Of a DNA stretch of 64,000 nucleotides, positions 57,091-64,000 are shown piece by piece (position 1 is the first letter of the stretch; each line of letters begins with the position of its first letter). Made by a program: the position numbers and the translations under genes. The notes under the pieces are model-generated. The model was given only the letters and a program-made list of their open reading frames with translations, did no database searches and was not told the origin of the DNA. The DNA is from an uncultured Verrucomicrobiota bacterium (GTDB lineage Bacteria; Verrucomicrobiota; Verrucomicrobiia; Limisphaerales; CAIMTB01), in the NCBI GenBank assembly GCA_964389135.1, contig CAYMDA010000012.1, forward strand, positions 8,033 through 72,032. Reading direction: 5' to 3'.

Positions 57091-57825
57091 TCACCAGCGC
57101 AGCGATGCCGGAGCCTCCCGGTGCGCATTGTGGCGCACGCTCTGGACCCGGCCGTCGGAGAACGAGATGACCCGGTCGGCCATCCCGGCCATCACCGCGT
57201 TGTGCGTGATGATCACCGTCAGGGCGCCGAGCTGACGGTTGACGTGCTCGATCGCCTCCAGCACCGCGATGCCCGTGCGCACGTCGAGCGCTCCCGTGGG
57301 TTCGTCGCAGAGCAGGACCTCGGGCCGCTTGGCGATCGCGCGGGCAATCGCCACGCGCTGCTGCTCGCCGCCGGAGAGCTGTGCCGGGAAATGGTCCATG
57401 CGCCGCTCGAGCCGCACCAGCGCGAGCGCCTCCTCCGGTGAGATCGGGTCGCGCGAGATCTCCGTGATGAGCGCGACGTTCTCCCGGGCGGTGAGGCTCG
57501 GGATCAGGTTGTAGAACTGAAACACGAAGCCGACCGAGTCGCGCCGGTACAGCGTGAGGGTCTGTTCGTCGGCGCGCGCGAGGTCGAGGTCGCGGTAGCG
57601 CAGCTCGCCCGAGGTCGGCGTGTCCAGGCCTCCAAGGTTGTTCAGAAGGGTCGTCTTCCCGCTGCCCGAAGGTCCGAGCAGCACCACCAGCTCGCCCGCG
57701 TGCAGGTCCAGGTCCACCCCGGCGAGCGCATGGACCGCGGTCTCGCCCGATCCGTACACCCGCGTGAGACCGCGCACCCTGAAGAGCAGGGTGTCCGGCG
57801 GGGGCGGCGTGGCGCGAGGATCCAT
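57091..57825 (-). CDS. ABC transporter ATP-binding protein (MacB/LolD-like)
   Basis: Walker [12 protein letters not shown]-loop, signature [14 protein letters not shown], Walker [12 protein letters not shown]. Internal ATG 57825. Confidence 0.9.
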   Translation of the reverse strand: MDPRATPPPPDTLLFRVRGLTRVYGSGETAVHALAGVDLDLHAGELVVLLGPSGSGKTTLLNNLGGLDTPTSGELRYRDLDLARADEQTLTLYRRDSVGFVFQFYNLIPSLTARENVALITEISRDPISPEEALALVRLERRMDHFPAQLSGGEQQRVAIARAIAKRPEVLLCDEPTGALDVRTGIAVLEAIEHVNRQLGALTVIITHNAVMAGMADRVISFSDGRVQSVRHNAHREAPASLRW

Positions 57826-57857
57826 CCGTGCACGACGACGCGCCGCGGCGGAAACGC

Positions 57858-59336
57858 TCAGCGCAGCGCGTCGGGCGCGAATTTCCGCGATGGATCCATT
57901 TCCGGCAACAGCGCCGCGTCCGGCTCCATTCCATGCTGGATCCAGTAGCGCTCCTTGAACGGGTTGATCGCCGGCCCCTCCGCGAGCTCGTTCTCCAGCG
58001 CCGCCGGCAGCACATCGTCCCACCACGCGTCGTACGCGGCCCTGAGGCGCGCCACGATCTCCGGATGTTCAGCCGCGACGTCGCGGCCTTCCCCGGGATC
58101 ACTCGGCAGGTGATACAGCTCCGCGTGGTTCACGAGCTTGTATGACCCGACGCGGATCGCGCACCGGCGATGCCTCGCTTCCGCGGCACGCCCCGACGGC
58201 CACCTCCCGACGTGGGTGACGAACTGCCGTTCGGGCCATGCCGCATCGGGATCCTTCAGGCACGGCACGAGGCTGACGCCCTCCAGCGACCGGCGATGGT
58301 CGGGGGCGATCGCGGCGCCCGCAATCTCCGCCAGCGTCGGCAGGATGTCCAGGTGCGCGGCCGTTTGCGCGCGGTCGCCGGGCGCGAACCGTCCGGGCCA
58401 GCGCCAGAAGGACGGCACGCGAATGCCGCCCTGGTACGGCGATCCCTTGACCCCGCGCATGCCCGCGTTGTGGAGGTCCCCGAACGGGTGCCCGTTGTCC
58501 GTCATGAAGATCACCAGCGTGCCTTGTTCGATCTCCCACGCGCGAAGGCGGTCCAGCAGGAGGCCGACGTTGTCGTTGATGTTGCGAATCATCGAATAGT
58601 AGGCCACCTGCGCCGGCGTGAGACCGTGTCCCTCGAACAGACGGTCGTACTCGGCCCCCGGGCTGACGTAGGGCCCGTGCGGCGCGTTGGGCGTGATCAT
58701 CGCGAAGAACGGCCTTCCCCGCGCGCGCTGCTCGTTCATCCATTCGAGCGCCCGCCGGAAGAAGACGTCGGTGCAGTACCCGGATGTCTCGACGAACCGG
58801 TCGTTGTGCAGAATCGAGGGATCGAAATAGCCGTTGCCGGGGGCGTCCCCGCAGCTTCCGGGATACGTCTGCCCGATGCCGCCGCCCCCATGGATGAACA
58901 TCTCGTCGAAGCCGCGGCGGTCCGGGAGCCGGTCGCGCTCGTCGCCGAGGTGCCATTTGCCGAAGATGCCCGTGCGGTATCCCGCCGAACGGAGAACCTC
59001 CGCGAGGGTGACCGCGCGCGGACTCAGGCGTTCCCGTTCGTAGATCGTGTGCGTGACGCCGGACCTGAACTCGTGCCGCCCCGTGAGCAGCGCGGCCCGC
59101 GTGGGCGCGCACGTGGGGCTGACGGTGAAGTCGATGAAGCGCGCGCTCTCCGCGTGCAGCCGATCGAGGCTGGGCGTCCTGAGGATCGGGTTTCCGTGAC
59201 AGCCCAGCTCCCCGTACCCCTGATCGTCGGTCAGGATCAGGATGATGTTCGGCGGCGCGTTCGTGCTCGCCGAAAAGCCGGTGAGCGACGCGCAGGCGGC
59301 CACGAGCGATCCAAGGAGAAGCGGCAGGCGTTTCAT
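57858..59336 (-). CDS. Formylglycine-dependent sulfatase (arylsulfatase family)
   Basis: Signal peptide [31 protein letters not shown]. Sulfatase signature [15 protein letters not shown] (C-x-P-x-R). GKWHLG. Confidence 0.9.
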   Translation of the reverse strand: MKRLPLLLGSLVAACASLTGFSASTNAPPNIILILTDDQGYGELGCHGNPILRTPSLDRLHAESARFIDFTVSPTCAPTRAALLTGRHEFRSGVTHTIYERERLSPRAVTLAEVLRSAGYRTGIFGKWHLGDERDRLPDRRGFDEMFIHGGGGIGQTYPGSCGDAPGNGYFDPSILHNDRFVETSGYCTDVFFRRALEWMNEQRARGRPFFAMITPNAPHGPYVSPGAEYDRLFEGHGLTPAQVAYYSMIRNINDNVGLLLDRLRAWEIEQGTLVIFMTDNGHPFGDLHNAGMRGVKGSPYQGGIRVPSFWRWPGRFAPGDRAQTAAHLDILPTLAEIAGAAIAPDHRRSLEGVSLVPCLKDPDAAWPERQFVTHVGRWPSGRAAEARHRRCAIRVGSYKLVNHAELYHLPSDPGEGRDVAAEHPEIVARLRAAYDAWWDDVLPAALENELAEGPAINPFKERYWIQHGMEPDAALLPEMDPSRKFAPDALR

Positions 59337-59472
59337 GGGAGGTCCACGGGTCCGGCGGGAGCCTGCGAAATCCCGCGCGGAATACCAGACCTCCTTCGCG
59401 GCGCGCCCGCCCGGCCCATGAACTCCCCGCGCCACCCCGCTGGTTTGCCCCGCGCGCCTCCAGGCGGCCGCC

Positions 59473-60258
59473 TCACGCCGGCCCCACGGGCACCGCCGCC
59501 GACGGCGCGACGACCACCTCGATCCCCCGCGCGCGCAGGTCGTCGAGCATGCCCGCCGGCGCCTTGCGATCCGTCACGATGACATCGATGTCGTCCAGCG
59601 GGCAGAGGAACGAGACGGAACGCCGGCCGAACTTGGTGTGGTCGAGGCACAGGATCACCCTGCCGGCGGCCGCGATCATCGCGCGCTGGATGTCGATGAG
59701 CAGTCCGTGCGAGTTGGTGACGCCATCGAGGGTGATCCCGCCGCTGCTCATGATCGCCACGTCCGCGTGCATCCGGGAGAAGGTCTCCACGGCCAGCGGA
59801 CCCACGAGCACCCCGATCCGCGGATAGATCACCCCGCCCGAAAGGAGCACCTCCACCCGCGGGTGCGCCGCGAACAGGTTCGCGACCGGCAGCGAGTTGG
59901 TGATGATCTGCGGCGTCTTCGGCTCCAGGTGCCGCGCGACGTGAAACACGGTCGTGCCGGCATCGAGGATCAGGCTCTGGTTCGGCTGGATGAGCCCGGC
60001 GCAGGCGCGGCCGATCTGTTCCTTCTCCTCGAGCTGCTGCGCGTCGCGTGCGGTGAACACGAACTCGTCCGAGCGCGGGTTCACCAGCCGGGCGCCGCCG
60101 TGGGTGCGCCGGATCGTGCCCCGGCCCTCGAGCACCTGAAGGTCGCGGCGGACCGTGGAGGGGGAGGCGTCCACCAGCTCCGAGAGTTCGTCGAGGGAGG
60201 CGAACTCGACTCGGTTCAGGTGCTCCTCGATGCGCGCCTGACGTTCTTCAGCTTGCAT
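59473..60258 (-). CDS. DeoR/GlpR-family transcriptional regulator
   Basis: N-terminal wHTH (LDELSELVDASPSTVRRDLQVLEGRGTIRRTHGGA) and a C-terminal DeoR sugar-phosphate sensor domain (LDAGTT..., MSSGGIT). Divergent from the BMC operon. Confidence 0.88.
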   Translation of the reverse strand: MQAEERQARIEEHLNRVEFASLDELSELVDASPSTVRRDLQVLEGRGTIRRTHGGARLVNPRSDEFVFTARDAQQLEEKEQIGRACAGLIQPNQSLILDAGTTVFHVARHLEPKTPQIITNSLPVANLFAAHPRVEVLLSGGVIYPRIGVLVGPLAVETFSRMHADVAIMSSGGITLDGVTNSHGLLIDIQRAMIAAAGRVILCLDHTKFGRRSVSFLCPLDDIDVIVTDRKAPAGMLDDLRARGIEVVVAPSAAVPVGPA

Positions 60259-60314
60259 GTCCGTGGATCACAGGGGTCAGCGATGGACGTCCGCGACGAC
60301 ACACCACGCGCGGG

Positions 60315-60344
60315 TTTGGAAGATTTTGGAAGATTTTGCAAGAT
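60315..60344. promoter_or_regulatory. Three tandem 10-bp repeats (TTTGGAAGAT x2, TTTGCAAGAT) in the deoR/pduL divergent region; candidate operator
   Basis: Read directly from the sequence. One-helical-turn periodicity and a locally AT-rich context. Lies 57 nt from the deoR start and 51 nt upstream of the pduL start. Confidence 0.45.
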
Positions 60345-60394
60345 CCCGTTTGACTCCATGCGCGGTTTTGGGTTGTTCTTGCGCCGTTCGAACC

Positions 60395-61072
60395 ATGGCC
60401 GCCGCTCCTCCCGCCATTCATCGCGCTGTCGTCGAGCATCTCGTCCGGCAGGAGGTGTACCGCCGGCTCGGGCGCCCCCTGCCGCGGATCGCGCGGGCGC
60501 CGAGTCCGCTGGTGGTGAACGTCAGCGCCCGGCACTGTCATCTGACGCCCGAGGCCGTCGAGGCGTTGTTCGGGCCGGGTCATCAGCTGACGCCCTTCAA
60601 GTGGCTGTATCAGGAGGGGCAATTCGCGGCCCGGGAGACCGTGACGCTGATCGGGCCGCGCAGCCGTGTCATTTCGAATCTGCGGATCCTCGGGCCGTGC
60701 CGGAATCTGAACCAGGTGGAGCTTGCGTACACCGATTCGATCTCGCTGGGCTTCGACATCCCGCTGCGGCTCTCCGGGAACATCCAGGGCACGCCCGGGT
60801 GCATGCTGATGGGGCCGGCCGGGTTCTTCGAGATGAAGGAGGGGGTCATCCGGGCGCTGCGGCATGTGCACATGAGTCCGGCCGACGCCGAGCACTACGG
60901 GGTGAAGAACGGGGACAACATGCGGTTGCGCGTCGGGGGAGGGTGCGCGGTGACGTTCGAGAAGGTGCTGGTGCGGGTGGATCCCAGCTTCAAGCTGGAG
61001 GTCCATATCGACACGGACGAGGGGAACGCCTGCAACCTGCAGCCGGACACGTCGTGTGAGTTGCTGAAATGA
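60395..61072 (+). CDS. pduL: Phosphate propanoyl/acyl-transferase PduL
   Basis: Two PduL repeats with metal-site motifs [11 protein letters not shown] and [40 protein letters not shown]. Preceded by a helical N-terminal extension of about 40 aa. Confidence 0.9.
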   Translation: MAAAPPAIHRAVVEHLVRQEVYRRLGRPLPRIARAPSPLVVNVSARHCHLTPEAVEALFGPGHQLTPFKWLYQEGQFAARETVTLIGPRSRVISNLRILGPCRNLNQVELAYTDSISLGFDIPLRLSGNIQGTPGCMLMGPAGFFEMKEGVIRALRHVHMSPADAEHYGVKNGDNMRLRVGGGCAVTFEKVLVRVDPSFKLEVHIDTDEGNACNLQPDTSCELLK

Positions 61073-61082
61073 ACGACAAGCT

Positions 61083-61373
61083 ATGAACGAAGCGGTTGGC
61101 ATGATTGAAACGAAGGGCTTCACGGGCAGCGTCGAGGCGACGGATGCCATGGTGAAGGCTGCGAACGTCCACGTGGTGCGCACGATCCCCATCGGCGGCG
61201 GCCTGATCACGGTGCTGGTGCGGGGCGACGTGGCGAGCGTCAAGGCGGCGGTGGACGCCGGAGGCCGCGCGGCGGCGAAGGTCGGCGAGCTGGTCAGCTC
61301 GCACGTGATCGCCCGCCCGCATGAGGACCTGGTGCGGGGTTTCCTCGGTGAAACGACGAAGCCGGCGAAGTGA
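61083..61373 (+). CDS. BMC-H shell protein (PF00936, PduA/EutM-like)
   Basis: [26 protein letters not shown]...[23 protein letters not shown]...VIARPHEDL. Confidence 0.92.
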   Translation: MNEAVGMIETKGFTGSVEATDAMVKAANVHVVRTIPIGGGLITVLVRGDVASVKAAVDAGGRAAAKVGELVSSHVIARPHEDLVRGFLGETTKPAK

Positions 61374-61425
61374 CAGCAACGGCCGGACCGCGGGGGAACC
61401 CGGGGAACGGCGCGAGAAAGGATCT

Positions 61426-61701
61426 ATGTCTCAAGCGATCGGGATGATTGAAACGAAGGGCCTCTGCGCGCTGCTCGAGGCGACCGACGCGGCGCTGAAG
61501 GCCGCGAACGTGAGCTTCACGGGCTGGGAGAAGGTCGGCAGCGGCTACGTGACGGCATTCCTGCGGGGCGACGTGGCGAGCGTGAAGGCGGCGGTGGATG
61601 CCGGCGCCGCGGCCGCGGCGTCCGTCGGCCAGGTCGTCGCCGTGCAGGTGATTCCGCGCCCGCACGAGGGGCTCAGCGGTCTCGGCAAGTGGCTGCAGTA
61701 G
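61426..61701 (+). CDS. BMC-H shell protein (PF00936)
   Basis: [26 protein letters not shown]...[25 protein letters not shown]...[21 protein letters not shown] upstream of ATG 61426. Confidence 0.92.
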   Translation: MSQAIGMIETKGLCALLEATDAALKAANVSFTGWEKVGSGYVTAFLRGDVASVKAAVDAGAAAAASVGQVVAVQVIPRPHEGLSGLGKWLQ

Positions 61702-61743
61702 CGGGGACGGGGTGAGGGTGCGGGAAACCCATCGATCCTGCGG

Positions 61744-63009
61744 GTGAACGTGAAAATCCTGGTGGCCAACCTCGGATCGACGTCGCTGAAGTGGCGGCTG
61801 TTCGATTGCGCCGGCGACTCGGAGCGTCTGCTGCACAAGGGCGGGTTCGAACGGGTCACGGACCATGCGAAGGCCATCGAGGACTGCCTCGCGCAGCTTC
61901 GCGACGCGGGACACATCCGGCAGGAGGCCGACCTCGCGGCCGTCGGGTTCAAGACGGTGATGGCGGAGGGCGTGAGCGGCTGCGTGCGGCTGGACGAGGC
62001 CGCGGTGCGCGCGATGGAGGCGTTCAACGCGATCGCGCCGGCGCACAATCCGCCGTACATCAGCGGCGTGCGGCTGTTCGCGAAGAGGCTGCCCAGCGTG
62101 CCGCTCGTCGGACTGTTCGAGACGGCCTTCTACCAGTGGATTCCGGAATGGGCGCAGCGCTACGCCGTGCCCGAGGCATGGCATGCGGCGGGCGTGCGGC
62201 GCTGGGGCTTCCACGGCGCGAGCCACAAGTTCATCGCGGAACGCTCCGCGGAGCTGCTCGGGCGGGAGGACGTGGCGCGGCGCGCGCGGGAACTGTACGT
62301 GACAGGGGGGGCGCAGGGCGGGCTGCGGGAGCCTTCGCTGCGGGTGATCTCCTGCCATCTCGGGGGCAGCTCGAGCGTGACGGGCATCCTCGACGGCGTG
62401 GCGATCGGGAACAGCCTCGGCATGAGCCCGCAGTCGGGAGTCCCGCACAACAACCGCGTCGGCGACCTCGACGCGTTCGCGGTGCCCTTCGTGATGCGGC
62501 GCTTCGGATGGAGCCTCGACGAAGTCGAGCGCCAGCTCTGCCGCGAGTCCGGGCTGAAGGGCCTGAGCGGGATCTCGAACGACGTGCGCGACGTCCTCGC
62601 CGCCGCGTCGCGCGGGGATGCGGCGGCGCGCCGCGCGATCGACGTCTTCGTGCACGAGGTGCGCCGGTGGATCGGCGCCTATTTCGTGGAGCTCAACGGG
62701 GCCGACGCCCTGGTCTTCACGGCAGGCATCGGGGAGAACCAGCCCGAGATCCGTGAGGCGATCTGCGCGAACCTGGACCGGCTCGGCATCGTGCTGGATC
62801 CCGACGCGAACCGGCGCGTGCGCGGGGAGGAGGCGGTGATCTCGGCGTCGTCGTCGCGGGTTCGCGTGATCGTGATGCCGACCAATGAGGAACTCGTCGT
62901 GGCCCGCGAGGTGAGGCGCTGGCTCGCGCACGAGGTTCCGGCCGGGGGGGTACCGGTCCCGCCCTCGCCGGAGCTGCTTTCGGATCCGGCCCGGTTCGGG
63001 CCGGTGTGA
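61744..63009 (+). CDS. ackA: Acetate (acyl) kinase
   Basis: KILVANLGSTSLKWRLFD, AVGFKTV, PAHNPPY, GFHGASHKF, CHLGGSSSVTGI, FTAGIGEN, PTNEELVVARE. GTG start at 61744. Confidence 0.9.
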   Translation: MNVKILVANLGSTSLKWRLFDCAGDSERLLHKGGFERVTDHAKAIEDCLAQLRDAGHIRQEADLAAVGFKTVMAEGVSGCVRLDEAAVRAMEAFNAIAPAHNPPYISGVRLFAKRLPSVPLVGLFETAFYQWIPEWAQRYAVPEAWHAAGVRRWGFHGASHKFIAERSAELLGREDVARRARELYVTGGAQGGLREPSLRVISCHLGGSSSVTGILDGVAIGNSLGMSPQSGVPHNNRVGDLDAFAVPFVMRRFGWSLDEVERQLCRESGLKGLSGISNDVRDVLAAASRGDAAARRAIDVFVHEVRRWIGAYFVELNGADALVFTAGIGENQPEIREAICANLDRLGIVLDPDANRRVRGEEAVISASSSRVRVIVMPTNEELVVAREVRRWLAHEVPAGGVPVPPSPELLSDPARFGPV

Positions 63010-63058
63010 GACGGGACATGCGCCGGCGCGGTCCGGCGCGAAGATTCTGAGAATTGTT

Positions 63059-63343
63059 ATGGCTCAACAAGCAATTGGACTGATCGAAACCCGCGGCCTC
63101 GTGGCGCTGGTCGAGGCGACGGACGCGATGCTCAAGGCGGCCAACGTCGAACTCGCCGGGCCGATGACCCAGGTCGGCAATGCGCTGGTCACCGCGGCGG
63201 TGGTCGGCGACGTCGCGGCGGTGAAGGCGGCGACCGACGCGGGCGCCCAGGCGGTGAAGAACGTGCGCGGCGAGCTCGTGAGCGTGCACGTCATCGCCCG
63301 GCCCCACCCGGACACCGACCAGGTGCTGCCCAGGCGCCGCTGA
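63059..63343 (+). CDS. BMC-H shell protein (PF00936)
   Basis: AIGLIETRGLVALVEATDAMLKAANV...QVGNALVTAAVVGDVAAVKAATDAG...VIARPHPD. Confidence 0.9.
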   Translation: MAQQAIGLIETRGLVALVEATDAMLKAANVELAGPMTQVGNALVTAAVVGDVAAVKAATDAGAQAVKNVRGELVSVHVIARPHPDTDQVLPRRR

Positions 63344-63419
63344 CGGAGCGGCGCGGACGCCGCGGGCCCGGCGAAACCGGGCGGCGCGCGCCGCGCGATT
63401 CACGATCCGGAGACACGGA

Positions 63420-63734
63420 ATGTTTCTCGCACGCGTCGAAGGTCACGTCGTCTGCACGAAGAAGGATCCGGCCATGAGCGGACGGAAGCTGCTGCTGCTG
63501 AGGCCGCAGCTTGTGGACGAGAAGGACCCGACCCGCTTCCGCGGAGGGACGAACACCATCGTGGCGGTGGACACCCTCGGGGCGGGCCAGGGCGAGATGG
63601 TGATGTTCTGCCAGGGAAGCAGCGCGCGCCTGGCGCCGGGAATGAAGGAGGCGCCCGTTGATGCCGTGGTGATCGGCATCGTGGACGCCGTCGATGTGCT
63701 GGGCCGGCAGGTGTATTCGGCCCGCGGGACTTGA
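63420..63734 (+). CDS. BMC-P pentameric vertex protein (PF03319, EutN/CcmL/PduN-like)
   Basis: MFLARVEGHVVCTKK...LLLLRP...IVAVDTLGAGQGEMVMFCQGSSAR...VDAVVIGIVD. Confidence 0.88.
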   Translation: MFLARVEGHVVCTKKDPAMSGRKLLLLRPQLVDEKDPTRFRGGTNTIVAVDTLGAGQGEMVMFCQGSSARLAPGMKEAPVDAVVIGIVDAVDVLGRQVYSARGT

Positions 63735-63741
63735 TCGCGAA

Positions 63742-64000
63742 ATGAGCACTGTGAATGAGAATCTGATCCGCGACGTCGTCGCGGAGGTCCTGCAGCGCCT
63801 CGGGAGCGCCGGCAGGATCAGCGCCGAGGGGGCGTCCGCGCCCGCCTCATCGAACGGCGGCGGGCGGGTGCGCCCCGCGCGGGGGCGGCACGGGATCTTC
63901 TCCGACGCGGACGAAGCGTGCGCCGCGGCGCACGACGCGTTCCTGCAGCTCGCGGAGAAGGGCGTCGCCGGGCGCGCGAAGGTGATCGAGATCGTCAAGA
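63742..64000 (+). CDS. Acylating aldehyde dehydrogenase (PduP/EutE-like), 3'-partial, with N-terminal encapsulation-peptide-like helix
   Basis: My own translation from ATG 63742 gives MSTVNENLIRDVVAEVLQRLGSAGRISAEGASAPASSNGGGRVRPARGRHGIFSDADEACAAAHDAFLQLAEKGVAGRAKVIEIVK. GIF..DEA..AA..A...L....R..II is the usual start of BMC aldehyde dehydrogenases. The frame is open to the window end. Confidence 0.8.
   Translation, partial: MSTVNENLIRDVVAEVLQRLGSAGRISAEGASAPASSNGGGRVRPARGRHGIFSDADEACAAAHDAFLQLAEKGVAGRAKVIEIVK

Noticed and set aside
43045-62931. Other long alternative-frame or antisense ORFs (for example 43045-44769, 45754-47049, 47174-48934, 51897-53450, 54337-55470, 55824-57071, 58170-59582, 59638-61059, 60248-61243, 61294-62931)
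   Set aside because: All lie opposite or out of frame to genes with clear family signatures (PVC dehydrogenase, lpxD, Gfo oxidoreductase, ABC components, sulfatase, DeoR, pduL, BMC-H, ackA). All have the R/P/G/H-biased composition of non-coding frames.
62920-63009. C-terminal extension of about 27 aa on acetate kinase (AHEVPAGGVPVPPSPELLSDPARFGPV) as a possible encapsulation peptide
   Set aside because: It is Pro/Gly-rich and not predicted to form an amphipathic helix, unlike the PduL and AldDH N-termini. It is more likely a disordered tail.
1-64000. Looked for CRISPR arrays, IS elements, transposases, integrases, prophage genes and tRNA genes
   Set aside because: I found no regularly spaced direct repeats longer than the 10-bp triple repeat at 60315. 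No DDE, serine or tyrosine recombinase motifs appear in any ORF. No tRNA-like T-arm holds up: TTCGAAT/TTCGAGT hits at about 8916, 31931 and 53471 lack complementary stems and lie in coding sequence.

Overview
This is a high-GC chromosomal segment with about 50 protein-coding genes. I recognised no rRNA, tRNA, CRISPR array, transposase or integrase. The gene content points to the PVC superphylum, most likely a Verrucomicrobiota/Opitutales-like organism. Supporting markers are a prepilin-leader H-X9-DG protein, a PEP-CTERM protein, a PVC-type membrane-bound-dehydrogenase domain protein, a formylglycine sulfatase and a PVM-like microcompartment locus. This placement is inference from motif recall.

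Layout:
- 1-5719: T2SS/T4P-like ATPase, L-like, M-like and secretin operon.
- 5.8-17.7 kb: housekeeping genes (iscX, ridA, tilS, aminotransferase) mixed with large secreted proteins (Pmp-repeat beta-helix protein, CE1-like esterase, 1196-aa GH/Y_Y_Y/LamG protein), plus an unexplained 0.8-kb non-coding gap.
- 17874-28262: an 11-gene, tightly coupled nucleotide-sugar-like cluster. It contains a domain-swapped HldE homologue, a Zn-ADH, a split transketolase, a HAD-kinase fusion, two methyltransferases and three SDRs, but no glycosyltransferase. I rate this the best candidate for undescribed chemistry.
- 28.3-34.5 kb: M14 peptidase, MBOAT plus GDS-motif partner, pilin-like protein, lipoprotein, C39-like peptidase.
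- 34749-39503: an unusually long (about 1584 aa) single-chain pyruvate:ferredoxin oxidoreductase.
- 40.4-48.6 kb: cydAB, PVC-type dehydrogenase/HEAT protein, TatD-like hydrolase, lpxD, panD, Gfo/Idh/MocA oxidoreductase.
- 49.7-59.3 kb: a minus-strand run of sulfatase, MacAB-like ABC efflux genes, a secreted GH-like protein and bPH (YdbS/YdbT-like) proteins, followed by a PEP-CTERM protein.
- 59473-64000: DeoR regulator divergent from a microcompartment locus (pduL, three BMC-H, ackA, BMC-P, 5' end of an acylating aldehyde dehydrogenase), truncated by the window edge.

All family calls rest on motifs read from the supplied translations. No database search was run.
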